The notes under the pieces: generated by a model
Told to the model about the DNA's origin: nothing
The model's database searches: none
What the model saw: the letters and a program-made list of their open reading frames with translations, nothing else
Part shown: in pieces, positions 38,058-45,929 of the stretch
Layout of the letters: each line of letters opens with the position of its first letter
How positions within the stretch are numbered: position 1 is the stretch's first letter
Position numbers and translations under genes: made by a program
Source of the DNA: Burkholderiales bacterium
GTDB taxonomy: Bacteria; Pseudomonadota; Gammaproteobacteria; Burkholderiales; Burkholderiaceae_C
Direction: 5' to 3'
Length of the DNA stretch: 48,626 nucleotides
Assembly (NCBI GenBank): GCA_038325945.1
Contig: JBBQJN010000001.1
Location: forward strand, 1 to 48,626

Positions 38058-38445
38058 TTCCAGCGTCTGGATCGACTTTTTTCGCGGCACGGTCGATGCG
38101 CGCACGGATGAGTTGGGCCACTTGTTGCAAGGCAGCGATGTGCGCATCGTCGTGCCTGACTTGGTGTTGTTCGAGGTATTGCGGGGTTTTCGGCTCGACA
38201 GTGAGCACCGCCGGGCGCGCGGCCTGTTGGAAGTCTTCGGCATCGAGGCGACGGGCGGCGCGGCGCTGGCCGTGAGCGCCGCCGAGCATTACCGCGCGCT
38301 GCGGGCGGTGGGGCGCACGGTGCGTGGGCCGATCGATGCGCTGATTGCGGCCCACTGCATCGACCGCGACTACCTGTTGTTGCACAACGACCGCGATTTC
38401 GACGCCTACAGCATCCACCGCGGCCTGCGCAGCTGGCTGCATTGA
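38044..38445 (+). CDS. vapC: PIN-domain VapC ribonuclease toxin
   Basis: VLVVDSSVWIDF, FEVLRG, IDALIAA, LHNDRDF acidic PIN motifs; GTG start at 38044. Confidence 0.92.
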   Translation: MLVVDSSVWIDFFRGTVDARTDELGHLLQGSDVRIVVPDLVLFEVLRGFRLDSEHRRARGLLEVFGIEATGGAALAVSAAEHYRALRAVGRTVRGPIDALIAAHCIDRDYLLLHNDRDFDAYSIHRGLRSWLH

Positions 38446-38452
38446 GGCCACC

Positions 38453-38535
38453 GTGTCGAGCGCCGGCAACCTTGCACTGCGTCCGCTGGCGCCCACCGAT
38501 TCACTCGCCGCGCTGTCGCGCTGCACACCGCCGCG
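38453..38535 (+). pseudogene. Possible N-terminal remnant of a GNAT acetyltransferase
   Basis: LALRPLAPTDSLAALS then, after a frame change, LHTA; resembles GNAT beta1-alpha1 (xRPLxxxDxxxxLTxLLHxAY). The similarity is judged by eye only. Confidence 0.4.
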
Positions 38536-38611
38536 CCGGCAGCGCCTTTGCGCCAACGCTGCGCCAACGCTGCGCCGGCGCCGCCGGCCTGATCGCCTGA
38601 TGGAGACAAGC

Positions 38612-38740
38612 ATGTACAAGAAGATCCTGATTGCCAACCGCGGTAACCGCCGCGGCGCAGCCGCGGGGGCGGCGAAGCCAGAATGCCTGGCGCGCGCAGC
38701 GCGTGCAGGCGATCGCACTGCGGGAGCCCAGCATGTTTAA
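38612..38740 (+). CDS. 42-aa mini-ORF, unit 1 (MYKKILIANRGNRRGAAAGAAKPECLARAARAGDRTAGAQHV)
   Basis: SD GGAG at 38602; TAA overlaps the next unit's ATG (ATGTTTAA). Confidence 0.5.
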   Translation: MYKKILIANRGNRRGAAAGAAKPECLARAARAGDRTAGAQHV

Positions 38741-38861
38741 GAAGATCCTGATTGCCAACCGCGGTGACCGCCGCGGCGCAGCCGCGGGGGCGGCGAAGCC
38801 AGAATGCCTGGCGCGCGCAGCGCGTGCGGGCGATCGCACTGCGGGAGCCCAGCATGTTTAA
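38733..38861 (+). CDS. 42-aa mini-ORF, unit 2 (MFKKILIANRGD...AQHV)
   Basis: SD GGGAG, identical in context to the mccA start. Confidence 0.5.
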   Translation: MFKKILIANRGDRRGAAAGAAKPECLARAARAGDRTAGAQHV

Positions 38862-38982
38862 GAAGATCCTGATTGCCAACTGCGGTGACCGCCGCGGCGC
38901 AGCCGCGGGGGCGGCGAAGCCAGAATGCCTGGCGCGCGCAGCGCGTGCAGGCGATCGCACCGCGGGAGCCCAGCATGTTTAA
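38854..38982 (+). CDS. 42-aa mini-ORF, unit 3 (MFKKILIANCGD...AQHV)
   Basis: SD GGGAG; stop overlaps the mccA start codon region. Confidence 0.5.
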   Translation: MFKKILIANCGDRRGAAAGAAKPECLARAARAGDRTAGAQHV

Positions 38983-40996
38983 GAAGATCCTGATTGCCAA
39001 CCGCGGTGAGATCGCCTGCCGCGTCGCCGCCACCGCGCGCCGGCTGGGCATCCGCACCGTCGCGGTGTACTCCGAGGCCGACGCCCAGGCCCGCCATGTC
39101 TTGGCCTGCGACGAAGCGGTGGCCATCGGCGGCGCTGCGCCGCGCGACAGCTACTTGCGCGCCGACCGCATCCTCGAGGTGGCCAAGGCCACCGGTGCGC
39201 AGGCGGTGCACCCAGGCTATGGCTTCCTGTCGGAAAACGCCGAGTTTGCCCAGGCCTGCGCCGACGCTGGCATCGCCTTCATCGGCCCGCCGCCGTCAGC
39301 CATTGCGGCGATGGGCAGCAAGTCGGCCGCCAAGACGCTGATGGGCGAGGCCGGCGTGCCGCTGGTGCCCGGCTACCACGGCGAAGACAACGATCCGGCG
39401 CTGCTGGCGCGCGAGGCCAATCGCATCGGCTACCCGGTGCTGATCAAGGCCAGCGCGGGCGGCGGTGGCAAGGGCATGCGGCGGGTTGACCAGGCCGAGG
39501 ACTTTGCCGCCGCGCTGGCCTCGTGCCAGCGCGAGGCGCAGTCCAGCTTCGGCAATGCCCATGTGCTGGTTGAGCGCTATGTGCTGCGGCCGCGCCACAT
39601 CGAGATCCAGGTCTTCGGTGACAGCCACGGCGGCTGCGTGCACCTGTTCGAGCGCGACTGCTCGGTGCAGCGCCGCCATCAAAAGGTGCTTGAAGAAGCC
39701 CCGGCACCTGGCATCAGCGAGGCCCGCCGTGCCGAGATGGGCGCTGCGGCGGTGGCTGCCGCGCGCGCTGTGGGTTATGTCGGCGCCGGCACGGTGGAGT
39801 TCATCGCCGAAGAGGTGAACGACGGCGACCTGCGCTTCTATTTCATGGAAATGAACACCCGGCTGCAGGTGGAGCATCCGGTCACCGAGGCCATCACCGG
39901 GCTCGACTTGGTGGAGTGGCAGTTGCGCGTTGCCGCCGGCCAGCCGCTGCCGCTGCGCCAGCAGGATCTTTCAATCACCGGCCACGCCATCGAGGCCCGC
40001 ATCTGCGCCGAGAACCCCGACGCCGGCTTTTTGCCGGCCACCGGCACGATGGACGTGCTGCGCTGGCCGCCGCATGTCAGCTTCCAGCGCGCCAACGCCT
40101 TCACCTCGGTGCGGGTGGATGCCGGCGTGCGCGAGGGCGACGCCATCAGCCCGCATTACGACTCGATGATCGCCAAGCTGATCGTGCACGGCGATGACCG
40201 CGCCCAGGCGCTGGCGCGGCTGGCGGCGGCGCTGGCCGCCACCCACATCGTCGGCCTGCATACCAACGTGGCCTTTTTGCGCCGAGTGGTCAACAGCGAC
40301 TCGTTTGCCACCGCTGACCTGGACACCGCGCTGATCGAGCGTGAACGCGCGGTGCTGCTTGACCAGCCGGCGATGCCGATCGAGATCGCCGCCGCCGGCG
40401 TGGTCGCGCATGCGCTGGCCGAGGAGGCCTCGGCGGCTGATGCCGACCCCTGGTCAACGCGCGACGGTTATCGGCTGCACGGCGGCGCGCGGCGCCACTT
40501 TGACCTTGAACATGCCGGCGCAATGCACGCCGTCGCCCTGGCGCGGCCGCACAGCACGTCGGTTGAGGCCCGCTGCGAGCTGCAGATTGGCGAGCAGCGC
40601 TGGCCGATCAGCGCCACCGCCCTGGGCAGCGACCGCCATGACGTCACGCTGGGTGATCAAAGGCTGCAGCTGACGGTGTATGCCCATGGTGAGCGCATGG
40701 CGGTGTTTGCGCCCGAGCACAGCGCGGTGCTGCGCCAGATCGACGCCATTGCCCATGCCGGCGAAAGCGCTGCCGAGCCCGGCCGCCTTACCGCGCCGAT
40801 GCCCGGCAAGGTGATCGCCTTTTTGGCAGCGGTGGGCGATCGGGTCAGCCGGGGCCAGGCGTTGGCGGTGATGGAGGCGATGAAGATGGAGCACACCTTG
40901 CATGCGCCGCGCGATGGCCTGGTGGCCGAACTGCTTTATGCGGTGGGCGATCAGGTGGTCGAAGGCGGTGAACTGCTGCGACTGGCCGAGGCTTGA
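38975..40996 (+). CDS. mccA: 3-methylcrotonyl-CoA carboxylase alpha (biotin carboxylase/BCCP) subunit
   Basis: MFKKILIANRGEIACR, HPGYGFLSEN, GGGGKGMR, ERDCSVQRRHQK, EMNTRLQVEH, EAMKME biotin motif. Confidence 0.96.
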   Translation: MFKKILIANRGEIACRVAATARRLGIRTVAVYSEADAQARHVLACDEAVAIGGAAPRDSYLRADRILEVAKATGAQAVHPGYGFLSENAEFAQACADAGIAFIGPPPSAIAAMGSKSAAKTLMGEAGVPLVPGYHGEDNDPALLAREANRIGYPVLIKASAGGGGKGMRRVDQAEDFAAALASCQREAQSSFGNAHVLVERYVLRPRHIEIQVFGDSHGGCVHLFERDCSVQRRHQKVLEEAPAPGISEARRAEMGAAAVAAARAVGYVGAGTVEFIAEEVNDGDLRFYFMEMNTRLQVEHPVTEAITGLDLVEWQLRVAAGQPLPLRQQDLSITGHAIEARICAENPDAGFLPATGTMDVLRWPPHVSFQRANAFTSVRVDAGVREGDAISPHYDSMIAKLIVHGDDRAQALARLAAALAATHIVGLHTNVAFLRRVVNSDSFATADLDTALIERERAVLLDQPAMPIEIAAAGVVAHALAEEASAADADPWSTRDGYRLHGGARRHFDLEHAGAMHAVALARPHSTSVEARCELQIGEQRWPISATALGSDRHDVTLGDQRLQLTVYAHGERMAVFAPEHSAVLRQIDAIAHAGESAAEPGRLTAPMPGKVIAFLAAVGDRVSRGQALAVMEAMKMEHTLHAPRDGLVAELLYAVGDQVVEGGELLRLAEA

Positions 40997-40999
40997 GAT

Positions 41000-41017
41000 C
41001 TTGCCAGCGTTGGCAAG
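41000..41017. terminator. Hairpin between convergent genes; possible terminator
   Basis: CTTGCCA-GCGT-TGGCAAG right after the mccA stop; no clear U-tract. Confidence 0.35.
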
Positions 41018-41036
41018 CGTGCACTGCGGCGGGGGC

Positions 41037-41441
41037 TCACTTGTTGCGGCCGGTCAAGCGTGACAGCCAGCCGCGGCGGCGTTCTTTGTCAGCGCCGCGT
41101 GGCGCGGGCTCGTCGTGAGTGTGAGTGGTGTGGCCCTGCTGCGAACCGGGTGCCGGCGTGATCGGCGGTGGCTGGCTGAGTCCGAAGCCCGAAGTATCAC
41201 GGCCCCACTCGTTGGCCAGCACAGCATGGCCCGGCGCACCGCGCTGGCCCGCCGCTGCCATCGTGGCGACGCGAAACAGCGCTGCCAGCGGCACCAACTC
41301 GCCGCCCGGCACGGCGTCGCAGACCAACAGCACGTCGCGTGCATAGCGTGCATCAGACAGCAGACGCTCGACCTCGATGTCATGGCCAATCTCGCGCAGC
41401 AGCAAACGGTGGATGCGGGTGGCCAGCTGCGTCCGGCTCAT
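41037..41441 (-). CDS. Hypothetical protein
   Basis: ORF fills the gap between mccA and hmgL; ordered N-terminus (RIHRLLLRE..DIEV....YARDVLLVC) and low-complexity tail; start uncertain. Confidence 0.6.
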   Translation of the reverse strand: MSRTQLATRIHRLLLREIGHDIEVERLLSDARYARDVLLVCDAVPGGELVPLAALFRVATMAAAGQRGAPGHAVLANEWGRDTSGFGLSQPPPITPAPGSQQGHTTHTHDEPAPRGADKERRRGWLSRLTGRNK

Positions 41442-41603
41442 GCTCAGCGCCACGATCAGGCTCCTGGATGGGGTGTCGGCGCCGACGGCACCGAAGGCAC
41501 TCACAGTGCTTCATTCTGCGCCACTGCCCCGACACCCCCATCCCCACGTTGCCGGCCCGGCTGGGGCAGGCTCACGATAATGGGTGCTCAGCAAAGGTAG
41601 ACC

Positions 41604-42530
41604 ATGATTCCAAAACACGTCACCCTGGTGGACGTCGGCCCCCGCGACGGTTTGCAAAACGAGAAACAGGCAGTGGATACCGCGCACAAGGTTGCGCTGG
41701 TGCATGACCTGCAGGCCGCCGGTCTGCGCGAGATCGAGGTCACCAGCTATGTCAGCCCGAAGTGGGTGCCGCAGATGGCCGACAATGCCAAGGTGATGGC
41801 CGCCATCACACGCCAGCCTGGTGTGCGTTACAGCGTGCTGGTGCCCAACATGCTGGGGCTGCAGGCGGCGCTGGCCGGCGGTGACGCCACCCGGCCCGAT
41901 GAGGTGGTGGTGTTTGGCGCAGCCAGCCAAGCCTTCAGCCAGCGCAACATCAATTGCAGCATCGAAGAGAGCATCGAGCGCTTTGCGCCGGTGGTGGCGG
42001 CGGCGCTGGCGGCCGGCGTCAAGGTGCGCGCGGCCATCAGCTGCGCGCTGGGCTGCCCTTACCAGGGCGAGGTCTCGGCCGACGAGGTGGAGCACCTGGT
42101 CAAGCTGTTCAAGCAGATCGGCGTGCAGCATTGCGGCGTGGCCGACACCATCGGCGTGGGCACACCACTGAAGGTGCAGGCGGCGATGGCGCGTGCGCTC
42201 AAGCACTTCCCGCTGTCTGAGGTGAGCGGCCATTTCCACGACACCTACGGCCAGGCGCTGGCCAACATCCACGCCTGCCTGCAGATGGGCATCCATACCT
42301 TCGATACCAGCGTCGCCGGCCTCGGCGGCTGCCCCTATGCCAAGGGCGCCACCGGCAACGTGGCCACCGAGGACGTGGTCTTCATGCTGCAGGGCATGGG
42401 TATCGATACCGGCATCGATCTCGACAAGCTGGTCGATGCCGGCGCCCGCATCAGCGGTGTGCTGGGCCGGCCGCCGGTATCTCGGGTGGCCAAGGCGCTG
42501 CTGATCAAGCGCGGCCAGGTGATGGCATGA
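41604..42530 (+). CDS. hmgL: Hydroxymethylglutaryl-CoA lyase
   Basis: DVGPRDGLQNE, VSPKWVPQMAD, DTIG, HFHDTYGQA, GLGGCPYAKGATGN. Confidence 0.97.
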   Translation: MIPKHVTLVDVGPRDGLQNEKQAVDTAHKVALVHDLQAAGLREIEVTSYVSPKWVPQMADNAKVMAAITRQPGVRYSVLVPNMLGLQAALAGGDATRPDEVVVFGAASQAFSQRNINCSIEESIERFAPVVAAALAAGVKVRAAISCALGCPYQGEVSADEVEHLVKLFKQIGVQHCGVADTIGVGTPLKVQAAMARALKHFPLSEVSGHFHDTYGQALANIHACLQMGIHTFDTSVAGLGGCPYAKGATGNVATEDVVFMLQGMGIDTGIDLDKLVDAGARISGVLGRPPVSRVAKALLIKRGQVMA

Positions 42531-43075
42531 GCGCTGGCCAGGCGGTTGCGCCCGCACCCGCACCCGCACCCGCACCCGCACCCGCACCCGCGCGTGCTGA
42601 TCGGCCCGAGGGCTTTCGTCGTGTTGCGCAGCTGCTGGCCGAGTGTGGCCATCGCCATGCGCCGCGCTGGCTGGAAGTCTCGGCACGCACCTGTGCCGAG
42701 GCTGCCGAGGCACTGGACGTGCAGGTCGGCCAAATCGCCAAGAGTGTGATCTTCCGCCGCCGCCACGACGGCGTGGCGGTGCTGGTGGTGGCTGCGGGTG
42801 ATCAACGGGTGGACGAAAACAAGGTAGCTGCGCAGGTTGGCGAGATCGGCCGTGCCGACGCCGATTTTGTCAAACAGCAAACCGGCTTCTCGATTGGCGG
42901 CGTCGCGCCGGTGGCGCATCTGCAAGCGCCGGTGGTGTTGATCGACCAGTCGCTGCTGCGCTTTGGCGAGATCTGGGCGGCTGCCGGCCATCCCAACGGC
43001 GTGTTCTGCCTCAGCCCGCAAGAGCTGCTGGCGTTAACTGGCGCGCCCGCGCTGGATGTGGTGCAAGTCGGATGA
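42527..43075 (+). CDS. YbaK/EbsC (aminoacyl-tRNA deacylase-like) family protein
   Basis: ARTCAEAA.AL....GQIAKS, TGFSIGGVAP, WAAAGHPN. Confidence 0.9.
   Translation: MSAGQAVAPAPAPAPAPAPAPARADRPEGFRRVAQLLAECGHRHAPRWLEVSARTCAEAAEALDVQVGQIAKSVIFRRRHDGVAVLVVAAGDQRVDENKVAAQVGEIGRADADFVKQQTGFSIGGVAPVAHLQAPVVLIDQSLLRFGEIWAAAGHPNGVFCLSPQELLALTGAPALDVVQVG
42551..42591 (+). repeat. (CCCGCA)x6 in-frame microsatellite encoding poly-(Pro-Ala)
   Basis: Six perfect copies at 42551-42586. Confidence 0.95.
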
Positions 43076-43341
43076 GCACGGCAGCACGCACGGCCGGTGT
43101 GGCCAGCCCCTGCATCAACATTTGCCGCATGGATGAACGCAGCGGCTGGTGTGAGGGCTGCTTGCGCACGCTCGATGAGATCGCCAGCTGGGGCGGTCTG
43201 GACGATGTTGGCCGGCGCGCGGTGCTGCAGCAACTGCGGCCACGCCGATTGACGCGGCGGACAATGCTGGCAGCGCAGGGCGGCGAAGCACCGGCACCGG
43301 CGCCGGCTCCGGCACCGGCAGCGGCACCAGAGCGCGAATGA
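43072..43341 (+). CDS. DUF1289-family Cys-rich protein
   Basis: SPCINICRMD..SGWCEGCLRTLDEI..W. Confidence 0.9.
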   Translation: MSTAARTAGVASPCINICRMDERSGWCEGCLRTLDEIASWGGLDDVGRRAVLQQLRPRRLTRRTMLAAQGGEAPAPAPAPAPAAAPERE

Positions 43342-43988
43342 AACGCATCGACTTCTATTTCGACGTCATTTCGCCCTATGCCTGGCTGGCCTTTGAGCGC
43401 GTGCCGCAGGTGCTTGAAGGCTTGAGCGTCGAGCTTCGCTACCAGCCGGTCTTGCTGGCCGGCCTGCTGGCGCACTGGGGCACCAAAGGGCCGGCCGAGA
43501 CCGCGCCCAAGCGTGATTGGACCTATCGCCATGTGGCCTGGCTGGCGGCGCAGCAGGGCTGCCCACTGCAGTTGCCACAGCCGCATCCCTTCAATCCACT
43601 GGCCTTGCAGCGGCTGGCGTTGGCATCGGCGCCGGCCGGTGGCACGCCCAACCGGCGCACGGTGGAGCTGCTGTTCCGCCATGTCTGGTGCCGCGATGGT
43701 GCCGACCCCAACCAGCCGGCCGCGCTGGCCGCGTTAACCAAGGCGGTGGCGCCGCAGCGCGATCCGGCCACTGACGATCTCAAGGCCGAGTTGCGCCAAC
43801 GCACCGAGGCGGCGGCCGTTGCCGGCCTGTTCGGCGTGCCCAGCCTGGTGCTTGAGGGCCGCAGCTTCTTCGGCCTTGACAGCTTGCCGATGCTGCGCGC
43901 TGCGCTGCAGGCTGAGCCCTGGTTCGCCGGCCCCGCCTGGGACGAGGCCGGCCAGCAAGCGCCCGGCCAGCAGCGCAGGCCACGCTGA
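43338..43988 (+). CDS. 2-hydroxychromene-2-carboxylate isomerase / DsbA-like (GST kappa) protein
   Basis: IDFYFDVISPYAWL, HPFNPL, GLFGVPS, FFGLD. Confidence 0.9.
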   Translation: MKRIDFYFDVISPYAWLAFERVPQVLEGLSVELRYQPVLLAGLLAHWGTKGPAETAPKRDWTYRHVAWLAAQQGCPLQLPQPHPFNPLALQRLALASAPAGGTPNRRTVELLFRHVWCRDGADPNQPAALAALTKAVAPQRDPATDDLKAELRQRTEAAAVAGLFGVPSLVLEGRSFFGLDSLPMLRAALQAEPWFAGPAWDEAGQQAPGQQRRPR

Positions 43989-44131
43989 CGCGCCAGGCTT
44001 GCCACGGCCACGGCCGCGCTGACAGGCCCACGTTGCGGCGGCCGAGCCTGCCGCCGGCTTGACCCGTGTCAAACGGGTTCAGGGGCTGTCCGGCCTAAAG
44101 TGGTGCTCATCCCCCCAGCCAGGTGCTTGTC

Positions 44132-44575
44132 ATGTTCCGCAACCTCTTTGTTCCGATTGACGGCACGGCGTCCAGCGCCCGTGCGATGGACGCCAGCATC
44201 GCGTTGGCCAGCCAGCTCGGCGCGGCCATCACCGGCTTTGTGGTCGAGCCCGACACGCCCACGCCCAAGATCGGTACCACGTTGCCGGCCTACCAGGCCG
44301 CCACCGAACGCCATATCGAGCAGACCGACAGCCATGCACGCCAGCTGTTGACGGCCTTCGAGCTCAAGGCCAAGACCGCCGGCGTGGCCTTCACCGGCCT
44401 GCATGCACGCACCGACGGGGTTGATCGCGCCATCATCGAGCAGGCCGAAGCATCGGGCTGCGACATGATCGTGATGCTGACCCACGGCCGCGGCAGGTTT
44501 GGCGAGTTCTTGTTTGGCTCGCATACCAAGACCGTGCTGTCGAGCAGCAAGCTGCCTTTGCTGGTATTGCACTGA
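44132..44575 (+). CDS. Universal stress protein
   Basis: LFVPIDG, CDMIVM.THGRG....LFGS.T..VL..S..PLLV. Confidence 0.93.
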   Translation: MFRNLFVPIDGTASSARAMDASIALASQLGAAITGFVVEPDTPTPKIGTTLPAYQAATERHIEQTDSHARQLLTAFELKAKTAGVAFTGLHARTDGVDRAIIEQAEASGCDMIVMLTHGRGRFGEFLFGSHTKTVLSSSKLPLLVLH

Positions 44576-44621
44576 AGCGCCGCGGCTGCGGCCGATCATC
44601 GCGCCAGATCAGCTTGCCAGA

Positions 44622-45881
44622 TCATCGCGCCAACAAGGGCAGGCGATCCAGCCGGCCCTCGATGTTGGCCATCAGTCGGCGGTACTCCGGCGCATCAACG
44701 CCGCCGTAGCGGCGATTGAATTCGGCCTCGCTCAGTGACTCAGGCAGATCGCGGATGTCGGGCAGCAAGTCGGCCTCGCTCACACCTTTGGCCAGCCGGG
44801 CCTGCAGTTGCTGCGGCTGGCGCACGGCTTGCAGGCCCAGCCGGCTGCCGGCGCGGTCGGCGGCCAGGTCATTGAAGCTGAAGCCGCTGCCGCCGCGCGA
44901 GTCTGAGACCTCTTTGTAGAGGCCGATCGCATCGGCCAGCGGGCCGCCGCGCTCAGCCGCCAGCGCCGCCGAGATCAGAAAGTGCTGCGCCGTGTCGGGC
45001 CGCCCGGCCAGCGTGCTGCGCAGCGGCCGGCCGGCCGAGCGCGGCATGCCCAGCACCGGCGCCAGGCCAGAGCCGTAGGCGCCAAAGGCCAGCGCCACCA
45101 GTGCGGCGCGGTTTTCGAGTTCGGCACTGGCCGCATCGGTTGAGCGCTGCGCCGCCAGTGTGAACATCGGCGCCAGCAGCCGGCTGGCTGAGGGCACGGC
45201 GCCGGCGCCGAGTTCGGTCGCCAGTGCGTCCAGCCGATCAGCGTAAACCTGCAGCCGTGCCCGCTCTTCGGCGCCCAGCAGCGACTGGCTCAAGGTCAGC
45301 CCTGGGTTGTCAGGCCAGGCATAGGCCAGCACCAGTTGTTGCGGCCCGAATCCGATCCGGCTAACCACCTGCTGCGCCAATGCGCCGCGCGCCTGCCAGC
45401 CCAGCGCCGTCAGCAAGCGCGGCAGCGCGGCCTCGGCCAGCCAGCCAGGCACCGGCAGGCGGCCGATGCGCAGGCGCTGCACCGACGGCAGGCCTTGGGT
45501 CTCACGCAGCACGGCCTGCAGATTCAGCCAATGTGAACCCAGCGGCGCCGGCAGCGGCAGGCTGGCCTGTACCAGCGCCAGGCCCGGCTGCAGGCGCACG
45601 CGGCTGCGCACATCGGCCAGCCGCAGCGCGGCCTGGCCCAGCAGCAGCTCCAGATCGCGCTGCGACAACACCAGCGCGCGGGTGATGCCCGGCAGCGCAC
45701 CGCGCGGATCGTTGTGCCGGATCAGCGCGCGGGCGCGGGCGATGTCCTCATGGGAGACCACCGTGGTGGGTGGCAGCAGTGGCCGGTCCTGGATCGCCAG
45801 CCACAGGCCAGCCGCCAGCGCCGCCAGCAGCAGCAGGGCCAGCGCCAAGATCCAGGCCAGCAGGCGGGAGACGATGTGCAT
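44622..45881 (-). CDS. Membrane-anchored hypothetical protein
   Basis: N-terminal hydrophobic helix; C-terminal QHFLISA..KEVSD..GSGFSFNDLAAD block. Confidence 0.7.
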   Translation of the reverse strand: MHIVSRLLAWILALALLLLAALAAGLWLAIQDRPLLPPTTVVSHEDIARARALIRHNDPRGALPGITRALVLSQRDLELLLGQAALRLADVRSRVRLQPGLALVQASLPLPAPLGSHWLNLQAVLRETQGLPSVQRLRIGRLPVPGWLAEAALPRLLTALGWQARGALAQQVVSRIGFGPQQLVLAYAWPDNPGLTLSQSLLGAEERARLQVYADRLDALATELGAGAVPSASRLLAPMFTLAAQRSTDAASAELENRAALVALAFGAYGSGLAPVLGMPRSAGRPLRSTLAGRPDTAQHFLISAALAAERGGPLADAIGLYKEVSDSRGGSGFSFNDLAADRAGSRLGLQAVRQPQQLQARLAKGVSEADLLPDIRDLPESLSEAEFNRRYGGVDAPEYRRLMANIEGRLDRLPLLAR

Positions 45882-45929
45882 GGCCTTCAGTCTGCCAGCT
45901 TCGGCGCGGCTGCCCGGCACTGCGGCCGC

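Larger units (their letters stand above)
38610..39009 (+). repeat. Three 121-bp tandem units plus a fourth 37-bp copy duplicating the 5' end of mccA
   Basis: GCATGT(TT/AC)AAGAAGATCCTGATTGCCAACYGCGGTRA with ATG at 38612, 38733, 38854 and 38975. Confidence 0.97.

Noticed and set aside
37713-38610. Insertion sequence or prophage remnant carrying vapBC
   Set aside because: No transposase, integrase, phage gene or terminal inverted repeats seen.
38873-38974. N-terminal extension of mccA given by the ORF track
   Set aside because: It is repeat sequence read from a TTG; the canonical MFKKILIANRGEIA start with SD is at 38975.
38610-39009. CRISPR array (37-bp repeats at regular spacing)
   Set aside because: The intervening ~85-bp segments are near-identical, the repeat is the coding start of mccA, and there are no cas genes.
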